Positions 54,530 through 63,698 of a stretch of DNA of 64,000 nucleotides are shown here, piece after piece (position 1 is the first letter of the stretch; each line of letters begins with the position of its first letter). Source of the stretch: Clostridia bacterium. GTDB taxonomy: Bacteria; Bacillota; Clostridia; Oscillospirales; CAG-382. The stretch is taken from contig JAFTTN010000029.1 in assembly GCA_017466805.1 (NCBI GenBank), forward strand, positions 8,928-72,927, written 5' to 3'. The notes under the pieces were generated by a model that saw only the letters and a list, made by a program, of their open reading frames with translations, searched no databases and was not told where the DNA came from. Both the position numbers and the translations under genes were made by a program.

Positions 54530-54889
54530 ATGAGACTTCAGGAATCGGGCGAAATGTATCTCGAAACTGTTTTCGTGCTTTCGAAACAGCTTCCGACAGT
54601 TCGCGCTATCGATATATGTGAATACCGCGGTGTTTCGAAGCCGTCGGTTTCCCGTGCTGTCGGCATACTCAAAAACGGCGGATATCTTATCTGCGATGAA
54701 AACGGCAGTCTTACTCTTACCGAGCTTGGCTTGGAGGTTGCCGAAAAAATTTACGAACGCCATACCGTGCTTACCGAATACCTCGTTTCGCTCGGCGTAA
54801 AAGCCGATATTGCGGCGGAGGACGCCTGCAAGATAGAGCACGTTATTAGCGAAGCCACCTTTGAAGCGATAAAAAAACACATTAAATAA
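54530..54889 (+). CDS. DtxR/MntR-family metal-dependent transcriptional regulator
   Basis: ESGEMYLETVFVL...ICEYRGVSKPSVSRAVGILKNGGYL winged HTH plus dimerisation helix ERHTVLTEYL. Confidence 0.8.
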   Translation: MRLQESGEMYLETVFVLSKQLPTVRAIDICEYRGVSKPSVSRAVGILKNGGYLICDENGSLTLTELGLEVAEKIYERHTVLTEYLVSLGVKADIAAEDACKIEHVISEATFEAIKKHIK

Positions 54890-54901
54890 ATTTTGTAAAT
54901 T

Positions 54902-54939
54902 AATGCACCGGGCTTTTAAAAGCTTCGGTGCATTTTTTT
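54902..54939 (+). terminator. Intrinsic terminator after the DtxR-family gene
   Basis: Stem AATGCACCG/CGGTGCATT followed by a T-run. Confidence 0.7.
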
Positions 54940-55016
54940 ACCTCGCATATAAAACGCCGATTTACATAAATTAAACTCGATGCGAAATCAAAATCGAAGG
55001 ATAGGAAGCATTTATA

Positions 55017-56081
55017 ATGAACAAAAATAAAACAAAAAGCGTGTCTTCGGTATTCCTTGCGCTCCTGCTGGTGCTTTCGCTGTCGGGCGGGCTGAACGCC
55101 GCCGCGGCAACCGATAATATCGGCGAGCTTATTCCGGGCGGAATGGCTTTCGGCGTAAAGTTTTTTACCGACGGTGCGGTGGTGCTGGGCACGACGGGGG
55201 TCGAAACGGCTTCGGGCGTGGTGTCGCCTGCCAAGGATGCGGGGCTTAAATCGGGCGATATAATCGTCCGTGCGGGCGGGAAGGAGTTTGAAACGGCAAA
55301 CGAGCTGATTTCGCTTATTTCGGGCAGCGGCGGCAAGCCGATAAGCATAGCTTACCTGCGCGACGGCAAGGAGGATACGGTTACCGTTACGCCCGCGCGC
55401 GATACCGCAAACGGAAGCTACCGTATAGGCGTGCTTGTGCGCGATTCCACAGCGGGCATCGGCACGGTAACCTTTATCGACCCCGAAACGCTCGATTTCG
55501 GCGGCTTGGGCCACGGCATATACGATAACGAAACCGGTACTCTTTTGCCGCTTTCACGCGGGGCGGTGGTAGAGGTGGAAATAACCGACGTCGTTAAAAG
55601 CGAACGCAATTCCCCCGGCGAGCTGCGCGGAAAATTCGGCCGTGTGCTTGTCGGCGAGCTTTGGGATAATACCGAGCAGGGCGTTTTCGGCAGGCTTTCG
55701 GAAATCCCCGATACCGCTTACGAGCCTTTGCCGGTTGCGGCGCGCGGCGAGCTTGCCGAGGGGGAAGCAACCATATTAACCACGCTCGCAGACGGTAATA
55801 TAGGTGAATACCGTATCGAAATCGAGCATATATATTCCGCATCGGGCACTACGAAGAACTTTTTAATAAAGGTGACCGACGAACGCCTTATCGACCAAGC
55901 AGGCGGTATAGTACAGGGTATGTCGGGCTCTCCGATAATACAAAACGGCAAGCTTGTCGGCGCGGTAACCCACGTGCTTATCGACGATCCGCTTCACGGC
56001 TACGGTATATGTATCGAAAATATGCTCGGCTCTGCCTTTGACGTAAGCGCAAGGGACGAAGCCACACTGTTCGCGGCGTAA
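55017..56081 (+). CDS. spoIVB: Stage IV sporulation protein B (S55 signalling peptidase)
   Basis: Signal anchor, PDZ GLKSGDIIVRAGG, catalytic region GIVQGMSGSPIIQNGKLVGAVTHV. Adjacent to spo0A, as in Bacillus. Confidence 0.85.
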   Translation: MNKNKTKSVSSVFLALLLVLSLSGGLNAAAATDNIGELIPGGMAFGVKFFTDGAVVLGTTGVETASGVVSPAKDAGLKSGDIIVRAGGKEFETANELISLISGSGGKPISIAYLRDGKEDTVTVTPARDTANGSYRIGVLVRDSTAGIGTVTFIDPETLDFGGLGHGIYDNETGTLLPLSRGAVVEVEITDVVKSERNSPGELRGKFGRVLVGELWDNTEQGVFGRLSEIPDTAYEPLPVAARGELAEGEATILTTLADGNIGEYRIEIEHIYSASGTTKNFLIKVTDERLIDQAGGIVQGMSGSPIIQNGKLVGAVTHVLIDDPLHGYGICIENMLGSAFDVSARDEATLFAA

Positions 56082-56085
56082 CAAA

Positions 56086-56120
56086 AAAACGGTATTGCCA
56101 TTTTGGCAGTACCGTTTTTT
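56086..56120 (+). terminator. Intrinsic terminator after spoIVB
   Basis: Stem AACGGTATTGCCA/TGGCAGTACCGTT followed by a T-run. Confidence 0.75.
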
Positions 56121-56209
56121 CGTTTGTCGCCATATAGATTCAAAGGACCTTTAATCTAAAAAACGACAAAGCACGCCAACTAAAAACAAGATAGTACAAA
56201 AGCCAATAA

Positions 56210-56259
56210 TGTCGAAAAAACGACAAATTTCGACAAAATAAAAATAAAATGCCGTCGAA
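56210..56259. promoter_or_regulatory. Cluster of Spo0A-box-like motifs upstream of spo0A
   Basis: TGTCGAA (56210-56216), inverted TTCGACA (56229-56235), CGTCGAA (56253-56259), and nearby half-matches (ACGACA). Confidence 0.5.
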
Positions 56260-56420
56260 AACGCGGGAAAACAAAAGAAAATTACGTCTAAAAAGTCAAA
56301 AATAGTCGTACGAAAAATGAACGGAACGCCGTTTTTTTAGCGCAAATCTATTGCTTATCGCTCGATTTCTGTGTTAAAATATCTACACAGAAAAATAAAT
56401 ACACAAGGAGTTTGATAATT

Positions 56421-57197
56421 ATGGAAAAACCGAGAGTGCTGGTGGCAGATTCAAACAGCGAATTCAGAAATCAATGCGTGCAATTTCTTAAACGAAACGA
56501 TATAGAGGTTGTTGCCGAGGCGGCAGACGGTCAGGAAGCTTTCGCAAAAATGGTCCGCACGAAGCCGAACGTTGTTATTTCCGACCTTTATTTAAGCAAG
56601 ACCGACGGCGTAGGGCTTATAAGAAGCGCGAAAAAGCAGATGCCCGACGATTTTCCCGCATTTATAATGCTTGCTTCCTTTAACAGCCAAAATCTTTTCG
56701 AGGAATGCTGCGAGGCGGGAGCGGCTTACTGTATGCTTAAGCCGGTCGATTTGGCTGCTCTTGCCGACCGTGCAAAGCGCCTTGCCGATAAAAACCGCCG
56801 CCGCGGCACAGCAAAGGTCCCCACGCGTGACGAAACCGATTTAGAGGCGCAGGTGACGAAAATCATACATCAAATCGGCGTACCCGCACATATAAAGGGA
56901 TATCAATACCTTCGCACCGCGATAATTATGGCAATAAAGGATACCGAGGTTATAAACTCGGTCACCAAGATATTATATCCTACCGTCGCAAAGCTTTACG
57001 GCACCACAAGCTCACGCGTGGAGCGTGCCATACGCCACGCAATCGAGGTCGCTTGGGATAGGGGAGATCTCGACGTTTTGAATTCCTTTTTCGGCTATAC
57101 CGTTCAAAATTCGCGCGGGAAGCCTACGAATTCGGAATTTATCGCAATGATTGCCGATAACCTCCGCCTTAAAAACAAATCGTTTGCTACAGTATAA
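56421..57197 (+). CDS. spo0A: Sporulation master regulator Spo0A
   Basis: Receiver domain (VLVADSN...VISDLYL). Spo0A_C signature [19 protein letters not shown]...[27 protein letters not shown]. Confidence 0.95.
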   Translation: MEKPRVLVADSNSEFRNQCVQFLKRNDIEVVAEAADGQEAFAKMVRTKPNVVISDLYLSKTDGVGLIRSAKKQMPDDFPAFIMLASFNSQNLFEECCEAGAAYCMLKPVDLAALADRAKRLADKNRRRGTAKVPTRDETDLEAQVTKIIHQIGVPAHIKGYQYLRTAIIMAIKDTEVINSVTKILYPTVAKLYGTTSSRVERAIRHAIEVAWDRGDLDVLNSFFGYTVQNSRGKPTNSEFIAMIADNLRLKNKSFATV

Positions 57198-57198
57198 A

Positions 57199-57241
57199 GA
57201 AAAGCCGTTGCAGTCCAAATCGACTGTAACGGCTTTTGACT
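57199..57241. terminator. Bidirectional terminator between spo0A and the helicase gene
   Basis: Stem AAAGCCGTTGCAGTC/GACTGTAACGGCTTT. Confidence 0.7.
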
Positions 57242-57242
57242 T

Positions 57243-59864
57243 TTATTCGTAGTGCGAAACCTTGTATTTCTTGTTCACTAACCTTTGGTTTAGCGTTATA
57301 TAGGAGTGCTTGCGGCATTTAAGAATAAATTTTCTGCCGTCTTCACGGTGGGTGTATATCGGCTCGAATTTGCTTGTGGATTTCAAATGCTTGGCAAGTA
57401 TTTCGACGTATTCCTTCTTTTTGCCGATAACCGAAGGGCAGGCAAACGAAAGCGCGAAATTGTAGGATTTGAATGGGGTTTTTGCAATAAGAATATAACG
57501 CGGGTTTTGAATCGGAGAAAGCATTTCGGTCATCGCGGTGTTAAAAATATTCTGATCGTGTATCGATGCGTTGCGTAGCTGTATCGAAATAAACTCCTGC
57601 TTGTCGTCGCCGAATGCTTCCACCTTCGCATCGGGCGATATTATATCGCAATCACGCAGAGTTTTGTATACCGCTTTTCCAAGCACTTTAAATGATTTTG
57701 CGGGGCTTAAATGCCGCAAAAGCTTGCCCGAAGCGTTAATAATATATATCAAAACGATAAACGCGCAAGCGTTTTTTATAAAGCTCAAAACCGTGCTCGA
57801 TTGTATTAAAGCCGTGGCGCCCGCACGCAAAATAAGCGTTTCGGCAATAACGAGAAGTAAAAGATAAAGCATATTCGAAAAGGTGAATATCGGAACCTTT
57901 TTCTCTCTCGGCGCTTCGGTTTCGACCGCAACACCGAATTTGCCTGCCTTTACCTCGCCCTTCCATTTGCTTGCAACCGATTCGCGCTTTGCCGAAAGCG
58001 AAATCATTTCCGCGTTGATTCTTGCAATACCCTTTTCGTCATAGGGCGGCTTTATACTCGTAATGCGTTCAATGCCGCTTTCGATAACTCCGCTTTCATA
58101 ATTGGGTCCCATAAACGAATCGAACCTGCGCTTAAGTATTTCGAAATCGCAGGAAATCAGCTTGTTTTTGCTTTGGCTAAGCCTTGCTTCTATTTTTTCG
58201 GTTGCCTTTTCTTTAAAAATATGCTCGGGCTCGACGGTTATTAAATGCCAAATGTTCGAGGATTTTTCGGGGTCGTTTTTATCGATTCTTATCGCTCTGC
58301 CGCGCATTTGGTTCGAAAGCACGAAGCTGCCAACGAAGCTTGCGAGTATAAGCGAGTTTATGCAGGGCGCGTCCCAGCCCTCGCCGAGCAGCGATTTCGT
58401 GCCGACGAGTATTTGTATTTCGCCCTCGGTAAACAGCTTGCCTACACAGTCGACCGCGCGGTGCGTCGCCCCCGCAATATCCACAGTGCAGTAATCGGTG
58501 CCGGGTATTTCGTGCTTGGTGTGGCGTATATCGCCCAAATCGGTTTCGGCGGGAAGTATAACCAAGGTGCCGGAAAGTACGCCTATCTTAACACCGAGAT
58601 TTTCGCGGCGGAGCGTTTCGAAAATGCTTACTATATTAACCGAGCCGAATTCGGTTGCCGAGGTTATCGCGGCAAGCTCTTCTTTTTTTATGTAATCGGT
58701 AAGCACCAGCATACGCAGTCTTGCGCCCATATTGGCAACCTCGCTTTGCGCAATAGCCTTTATGCTTTCGAGCTTTCCTACCGAGGATATAAGGGCACGC
58801 TTGAGCTTTTCGTTTAAAACCAGCGAAACCCTTCGCTTTTCATAAAGCGAGTGACTTTTTAAAATATCGGTAACGCTTTCCTTTTGCTTTTCGGTAAGCC
58901 ATTCGGAATTGATTAAAAATTGCAACGCCGTTTCGCCGTATTGCATATCGAACCTCGGCAGCTCTCTTTTCGCGGTCAGCTCGGTTATCAGCTTTTGGCT
59001 TATACGTTGCCCGCAACGCTGTAAAAGCACGAGCACCGCAATATATTCCTTTGCTGCCGAAAAGGCTTCGGAATAATCGCGTATCGCGTTGAATTTTCCC
59101 GCAACCTCCTGCCAAAAATCAAGCGCGGCAATTTCCTCAACAGCGCATTTTGCGTGCTCCTTGTATTCCTTTAGCCTTTGGGCTTCCTCTTTGGTGGGGT
59201 AGTTGAAATATATATAGTCCTGATGCGGACAAAGCGTGTTTTGCCCAACGAGCTCGGGAACGAAAATTTCCTCGTCGATTTCGCCGCAAACGCTAATATA
59301 TCTGTCCCATTCGTTTCCGTCGGAATCATAAGGCGGGGTGGCGGTCAGCGAAACTATTTTAATATCGCAATCAAGCGTAGAAATGAATTTTTCAAGCGCC
59401 CTTTGCCATTCGTTTTTCAAATGGTGGGCTTCGTCAAGGCAAACGGTTTTTATACCGTTTTCGCGCATTGCGGCAAAAATATCTATATCCGAGCAGTCGG
59501 TGTCGTCCTCTGCCGTTTCCGAAACCTTTTCTATCGCGGTGTACAGCGCTTGGTAGGTTATCGAGTTAAAGAGCTTTACCTTATGTATATCGTTCGAAAA
59601 GACCGAATCGAAGTCGGATTCGTCTTCCAAAAACATTCCTTTAAGTCTTTCGCCCCATTGCTGACGTATTGCCGTTGTGGGCGAAAGAATAATTGCTGGG
59701 GAATTCAAGCGGCGCAAAAGCTCGAGTCCGAGCACGGTTTTTCCGCTGCCGGGCGCGGCAACGATATTTATCTTGCCGTCCTTTAAATATTTGTGCGAGT
59801 TGTCGAGTATTCTTTGCTGGTAGCTGCGGAAGGTCCCCTTGAATTTGATTGCGTTCATATCCAT
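57243..59864 (-). CDS. SF2 (DEAH) helicase with a membrane-spanning C-terminal extension (873 aa)
   Basis: Motif I AAPGSGKT, motif II LDEAHH, motif III LTATP, motif VI QMRGRAIR. Two hydrophobic helices near residues 650-710 (IFTFSNMLYLLLLVIAETLIL, LSFIKNACAFIVLIYIINA), then about 170 aa unassigned. Confidence 0.8.
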   Translation of the reverse strand: MDMNAIKFKGTFRSYQQRILDNSHKYLKDGKINIVAAPGSGKTVLGLELLRRLNSPAIILSPTTAIRQQWGERLKGMFLEDESDFDSVFSNDIHKVKLFNSITYQALYTAIEKVSETAEDDTDCSDIDIFAAMRENGIKTVCLDEAHHLKNEWQRALEKFISTLDCDIKIVSLTATPPYDSDGNEWDRYISVCGEIDEEIFVPELVGQNTLCPHQDYIYFNYPTKEEAQRLKEYKEHAKCAVEEIAALDFWQEVAGKFNAIRDYSEAFSAAKEYIAVLVLLQRCGQRISQKLITELTAKRELPRFDMQYGETALQFLINSEWLTEKQKESVTDILKSHSLYEKRRVSLVLNEKLKRALISSVGKLESIKAIAQSEVANMGARLRMLVLTDYIKKEELAAITSATEFGSVNIVSIFETLRRENLGVKIGVLSGTLVILPAETDLGDIRHTKHEIPGTDYCTVDIAGATHRAVDCVGKLFTEGEIQILVGTKSLLGEGWDAPCINSLILASFVGSFVLSNQMRGRAIRIDKNDPEKSSNIWHLITVEPEHIFKEKATEKIEARLSQSKNKLISCDFEILKRRFDSFMGPNYESGVIESGIERITSIKPPYDEKGIARINAEMISLSAKRESVASKWKGEVKAGKFGVAVETEAPREKKVPIFTFSNMLYLLLLVIAETLILRAGATALIQSSTVLSFIKNACAFIVLIYIINASGKLLRHLSPAKSFKVLGKAVYKTLRDCDIISPDAKVEAFGDDKQEFISIQLRNASIHDQNIFNTAMTEMLSPIQNPRYILIAKTPFKSYNFALSFACPSVIGKKKEYVEILAKHLKSTSKFEPIYTHREDGRKFILKCRKHSYITLNQRLVNKKYKVSHYE

Positions 59865-59994
59865 AAGCTTTTCACCCGTAAAACAAAAATTTTCTTTACC
59901 GTTTTATTATACACAATACAATATATAATTTCAACCGCAAAAAGCCGATAAAATAGCGAAAAACCTATTGACAAAAAAGGATTCTTGTGTTAAA

Positions 59995-60085
59995 CTACCA
60001 CTTGCCGCATGTATGGGGTCTTTTAAGTTGCGTAAATGCACACCCTCTAAGCAGCGAGTCTTATGAAAGGAATTGGTGCTTACAA
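59995..60085 (+). promoter_or_regulatory. 5' leader of the rplU operon (possible L21 leader)
   Basis: About 90 nt untranslated between a TTGACA-containing promoter (59969-59974) and rplU. The position matches the Firmicutes L21-leader, but the structure was not verified. Confidence 0.35.
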
Positions 60086-60394
60086 ATGTTTGCAATCGTG
60101 GAAACAGGCGGAAAGCAGTACAAGGTTAGCGAAGGCGATATCATCTTTGTTGAAAAGCTCGGTATCGAAGAAGGCGCTACCTACACCTTCGAAAAGGTTC
60201 TTGCTATCGCCGATGATAACGGTTTCGTTGCAGGTACTCCTACCGTTGAAGCAACCGTTACCGCAAGCGTCGTTAAGAACGGCAAGGGCAAGAAGATTCA
60301 CGTTATGAAGTACAAGCCCAAGAAGGATTCCAAGAAGCACATCGGCCACAGACAGCCCTATACCAAGCTTCAGATCCTCAGCATCTCGAAATAA
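60086..60394 (+). CDS. rplU: 50S ribosomal protein L21
   Basis: [18 protein letters not shown]... canonical N-terminus. 102 aa. Confidence 0.95.
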   Translation: MFAIVETGGKQYKVSEGDIIFVEKLGIEEGATYTFEKVLAIADDNGFVAGTPTVEATVTASVVKNGKGKKIHVMKYKPKKDSKKHIGHRQPYTKLQILSISK

Positions 60395-60397
60395 GAG

Positions 60398-60712
60398 ATG
60401 ATTACCGCTTCGTTTATTAAATCGAACGGAAAATTTTGTAATTTCCGCATTCACGGTCATTCCGGCTATGCAGAAGAGGGAAGCGATATCGTTTGTGCCG
60501 CTGTCAGTGCGATGGCGATGCTAACGGTAAACAATATTACCGAATCTTTCGGTGTTCCCGCAAAGGTCGTTACCGACGAAGAAGGTCCGGTTATCGATTT
60601 TAAGCTTGTCGATATCGATGAACGTGCTTGCGCATTGATCGCGGGGCTATGGCGCGAATTAGCCGCCCTTGCGAACGATTACCCGAAAAATATTCGTGTA
60701 ACCGTGAAATAA
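60398..60712 (+). CDS. prp: Ribosomal-processing cysteine protease Prp
   Basis: 104 aa between rplU and rpmA. GHSGYAEEGSDIVCAAVS motif. Confidence 0.85.
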   Translation: MITASFIKSNGKFCNFRIHGHSGYAEEGSDIVCAAVSAMAMLTVNNITESFGVPAKVVTDEEGPVIDFKLVDIDERACALIAGLWRELAALANDYPKNIRVTVK

Positions 60713-60736
60713 TTTTATCGAAAGGAGCTCCAAACC

Positions 60737-61024
60737 ATGCTCAGATTGTCTATTCAGTTCTTTGCACATAAAAAAGGTGTCGGTTCTACCAAGAACGGTC
60801 GTGACAGTGAGTCCAAGCGTCTCGGCGTTAAAAGACAGGACGGTCAGTTCGTTACTGCCGGCAATATCCTTCTCCGTCAGAGAGGCACCAAGATCCATCC
60901 CGGCAACAACGTCGGCCGTGGCTCCGATGACACCCTTTTCGCCCTCATCGACGGTAAGGTTAAATTCGAACCGATGGCAGGCGGAAGAAAGAAAGTCAGC
61001 GTATACGCTGTAAACGCAGATTAG
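60737..61024 (+). CDS. rpmA: 50S ribosomal protein L27 (with N-terminal propeptide)
   Basis: MLRLSIQFF|[23 protein letters not shown]: a Firmicutes-type extension ahead of the conserved AHKK. Confidence 0.95.
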   Translation: MLRLSIQFFAHKKGVGSTKNGRDSESKRLGVKRQDGQFVTAGNILLRQRGTKIHPGNNVGRGSDDTLFALIDGKVKFEPMAGGRKKVSVYAVNAD

Positions 61025-61038
61025 TTATTGCATCGAAA

Positions 61039-61080
61039 AGAGCAGTCGGGGTTTTTATCCTGACTACTCTTTTTCTTTTT
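61039..61080 (+). terminator. Intrinsic terminator after rpmA
   Basis: Stem AGAGCAGTC/GACTACTCT (one mismatch) followed by TTTTTCTTTTT. Confidence 0.6.
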
Positions 61081-61126
61081 TCTTTCGAAAACAATTAACG
61101 AAAAATCTCATAAGGAGGTTTTTGAT

Positions 61127-62389
61127 ATGTTTATAGATAAAGTTACAATTTATATCAAAGCGGGCGACGGCGGAAACGGCTGTGTTTCCTTCCGCCGCGA
61201 AAAATACGTTGCCAAGGGCGGTCCCGACGGCGGCGACGGCGGCAAGGGCGGAAATATCGTTTTTGTCGTTGACGAGGGCGAAAACACCCTGCTTAACTTT
61301 AAATACCGCCGTAAATTCATCGCCGCAAACGGCGGCGACGGTATGGCAAAAAGATTCTATGGAAAATCTGCCGAGGATCTTTTAATTCCCGTACCCCGCG
61401 GAACGATACTGCGCGACCCCGAAAGCGGACTCGTTATACACGATATGTCCGACGGCGAGCCCTATATCGCCGCAAAGGGCGGCAAGGGCGGCTGGGGCAA
61501 CACCCATTTCGCAACCCCCACACGCCAAGTCCCCCGTTTTGCAAAAAGCGGTATGAAGGGCGCCGAGCGCAATATCACGCTCGAGCTGAAAATGCTTGCG
61601 GACGTCGGCTTGGTCGGCTTCCCGAACGTTGGTAAATCCACACTGCTTTCCGAGGTCACCTCTGCAAGACCGAAGATTGCAAACTACCATTTCACAACGC
61701 TTTCGCCCAATCTGGGTGTCGTTTCGGTATACGATAAAAGCTTCGTAATGGCAGATATCCCCGGTCTTATCGAGGGCGCTTCCGACGGCTTGGGCTTGGG
61801 ACACGACTTTTTGCGTCATATCGACCGTTGCCGTCTTATTCTTCATATTTTCGATATTTCCGCAAGCGAGCGCGAAAATCCGCTCGAGGATATTTATAAA
61901 ATAAACGCAGAGCTCGAAAAATACAGCCCCGAGCTTGCAACCCGTCCGCAAATACTCGTTGCAAACAAAATCGACCTCGGCTATTCCGAGGAGCATTTGG
62001 AGGAAATAAAGAAATATGCCGCGGAAAACGAATGCGAGCTGTTTCTTATCTCGGGCGGTCTTTGTGAGGGCGTGCCCGAGCTGATGAAGGCTGTCGCGAG
62101 AAAGCTTTCCGAGCTTCCTCCCATAACCTACTACGAGCAGGAATACGTCGAGCTGCCCAAGGAAACCGATATGTCGGTTCAGGTCGAGGTGGTCGACGGT
62201 ATCTACGTCGTTACGGGCGAATGGCTCATCCGCCTTTGCAACGATATAAACTTCGAGGATTACGAATCGCTTCAGTTCTTCCAACGCGTCCTGCGCGATA
62301 AGGGCGTTATCCAAGCACTCGAGGACGCGGGCATTCAAGAAGGCGATACGGTAAGCATCTACGACGTAGAATTCGACTTTATGTATTAG
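61127..62389 (+). CDS. obg: GTPase Obg/CgtA
   Basis: Obg fold GDGGNGCVSFRREKYVAKGGPDGGDGGKGG, G1 GFPNVGKST, C-terminal OCT domain. Confidence 0.95.
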   Translation: MFIDKVTIYIKAGDGGNGCVSFRREKYVAKGGPDGGDGGKGGNIVFVVDEGENTLLNFKYRRKFIAANGGDGMAKRFYGKSAEDLLIPVPRGTILRDPESGLVIHDMSDGEPYIAAKGGKGGWGNTHFATPTRQVPRFAKSGMKGAERNITLELKMLADVGLVGFPNVGKSTLLSEVTSARPKIANYHFTTLSPNLGVVSVYDKSFVMADIPGLIEGASDGLGLGHDFLRHIDRCRLILHIFDISASERENPLEDIYKINAELEKYSPELATRPQILVANKIDLGYSEEHLEEIKKYAAENECELFLISGGLCEGVPELMKAVARKLSELPPITYYEQEYVELPKETDMSVQVEVVDGIYVVTGEWLIRLCNDINFEDYESLQFFQRVLRDKGVIQALEDAGIQEGDTVSIYDVEFDFMY

Positions 62390-62695
62390 TCGCTTCGCTC
62401 TCGACGCGAAATGCAAGCATTTCGGTCGAAAAACCCGGGGTTTGTGAGCGTCGGTCATTCGCATCTCGCGCCTCGCGCTATGCGCTCGACACTCGCGACG
62501 CTCAGAAGTATAAAAATCCACGCGCATGTCGCGGATTTTTATAATGTTTTATTTTAAATGGGGAACTTTTGAAAAAGTTCCCCAAACCCTTCAAAACTTT
62601 TTGATTTTTAAATATGTTTAAAGGATTTTGAAGATTTTCAAGAAACTTTTGCAAAAGTTTCTTGAACGGAGTTTGAGGCAGAGCCTCAACGAAAA
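62390..62695 (+). repeat. Intergenic repeat family, copy B, plus palindrome-rich extension
   Basis: Begins right after the obg stop. Block order matches 11701-11905. Also holds a 24-nt near-palindrome (62559-62582), a 28-nt perfect palindrome (62637-62664) and a hairpin TTGAGGC/GCCTCAA (62672-62688). Confidence 0.6.
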
Positions 62696-62698
62696 CCG

Positions 62699-63637
62699 TC
62701 AGTCTATATCCACAAAAACACTTTCGATAACCTTTTCACAGCCGTTTGGCGAATATTGCCATCGGTCGATGTGGTCTATATCGGGGTAATCGTAATCGGG
62801 AATAGAGCTTTCGCGGTCGGAGCAATCGATTATCGCAAGCTTAACCTTCATTCTGTCGGGAATAATGTTTTTTATAAACACAGCCGCGCTTTGCCCTACC
62901 TGAACGTCGGGGCGTATTTCCGCAAGCCCCGCAAGGTTCGGTGCAAGCTCGATAAATACGCCGTAATCCTCTATCGAGCGTACGATTCCCGCGGCGGTCT
63001 GCCCGGACGTAAATTTGGCTGCGTTTTCCTCCCAGGTGCCCAAAAGCTCGCGGTGGGTAAGCGTGATTCTGCCAAACTCGTCCGCCGTGCTTTTTACCAC
63101 CGCCTTTATAACCTGCCCGTTGCGAAAACGGTCGCGCGGGTGCGATATGCGCGAAACCGACATACAGTCGATAGGTAAGAGCGAAATAATTCCGCAGCCG
63201 ATATCGCAAAATGCGCCGAACGGGTCAAGTCGGGTTATTTTCGCCTCTATAACGTCGCCGGTGCTTAAACGGCTTATATAATCGCGCATACAGTCGCGCT
63301 GTGCGTCCCTGCGCGAGCATATAATATACGGCTCGCCGTCGCTTTTGCGGTCGATTCCGATAATTTTAAAGCATATCGGCTTGCCCACGCGTGATATTAT
63401 TGCAATATCCTTTTCGGGCAGACCGTTTGCGGTGTAAACGCATTCGTTTTTAGGAATAATACCGTCGAAATCGCCTATCTTTATATGTAAATGCCTGTCG
63501 TGGTCGCAAAGGTAGCTTACCCCTTCGATTATCGCGCCCGAATCCATTGCGGCTTCCAAACCTTCCAAGCTTTGCAAATAACGGCGGTTTTTATCGCTCT
63601 TTAATCTTTTGCCCTCGTAGCTGTATTCAGGGTTCAT
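62699..63637 (-). CDS. S1 RNA-binding-domain protein (312 aa)
   Basis: Repeated OB/S1-like segments (GDVIEAKITRLDPFGAFCDIG, GQTAAGIVRSIEDYGVFIELA). Confidence 0.65.
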   Translation of the reverse strand: MNPEYSYEGKRLKSDKNRRYLQSLEGLEAAMDSGAIIEGVSYLCDHDRHLHIKIGDFDGIIPKNECVYTANGLPEKDIAIISRVGKPICFKIIGIDRKSDGEPYIICSRRDAQRDCMRDYISRLSTGDVIEAKITRLDPFGAFCDIGCGIISLLPIDCMSVSRISHPRDRFRNGQVIKAVVKSTADEFGRITLTHRELLGTWEENAAKFTSGQTAAGIVRSIEDYGVFIELAPNLAGLAEIRPDVQVGQSAAVFIKNIIPDRMKVKLAIIDCSDRESSIPDYDYPDIDHIDRWQYSPNGCEKVIESVFVDID

Positions 63638-63698
63638 AAAATATTCGCTCCTTAAACTTTAATTCCTTGTTTGATTATATAAAACAGGAGGTCAAACT

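Noticed and set aside
61382-62527. 381-aa ORF on the minus strand.
   Set aside because: It is antisense to obg, which is certain. It also extends into the intergenic repeat region, and no RBS or motif is present.
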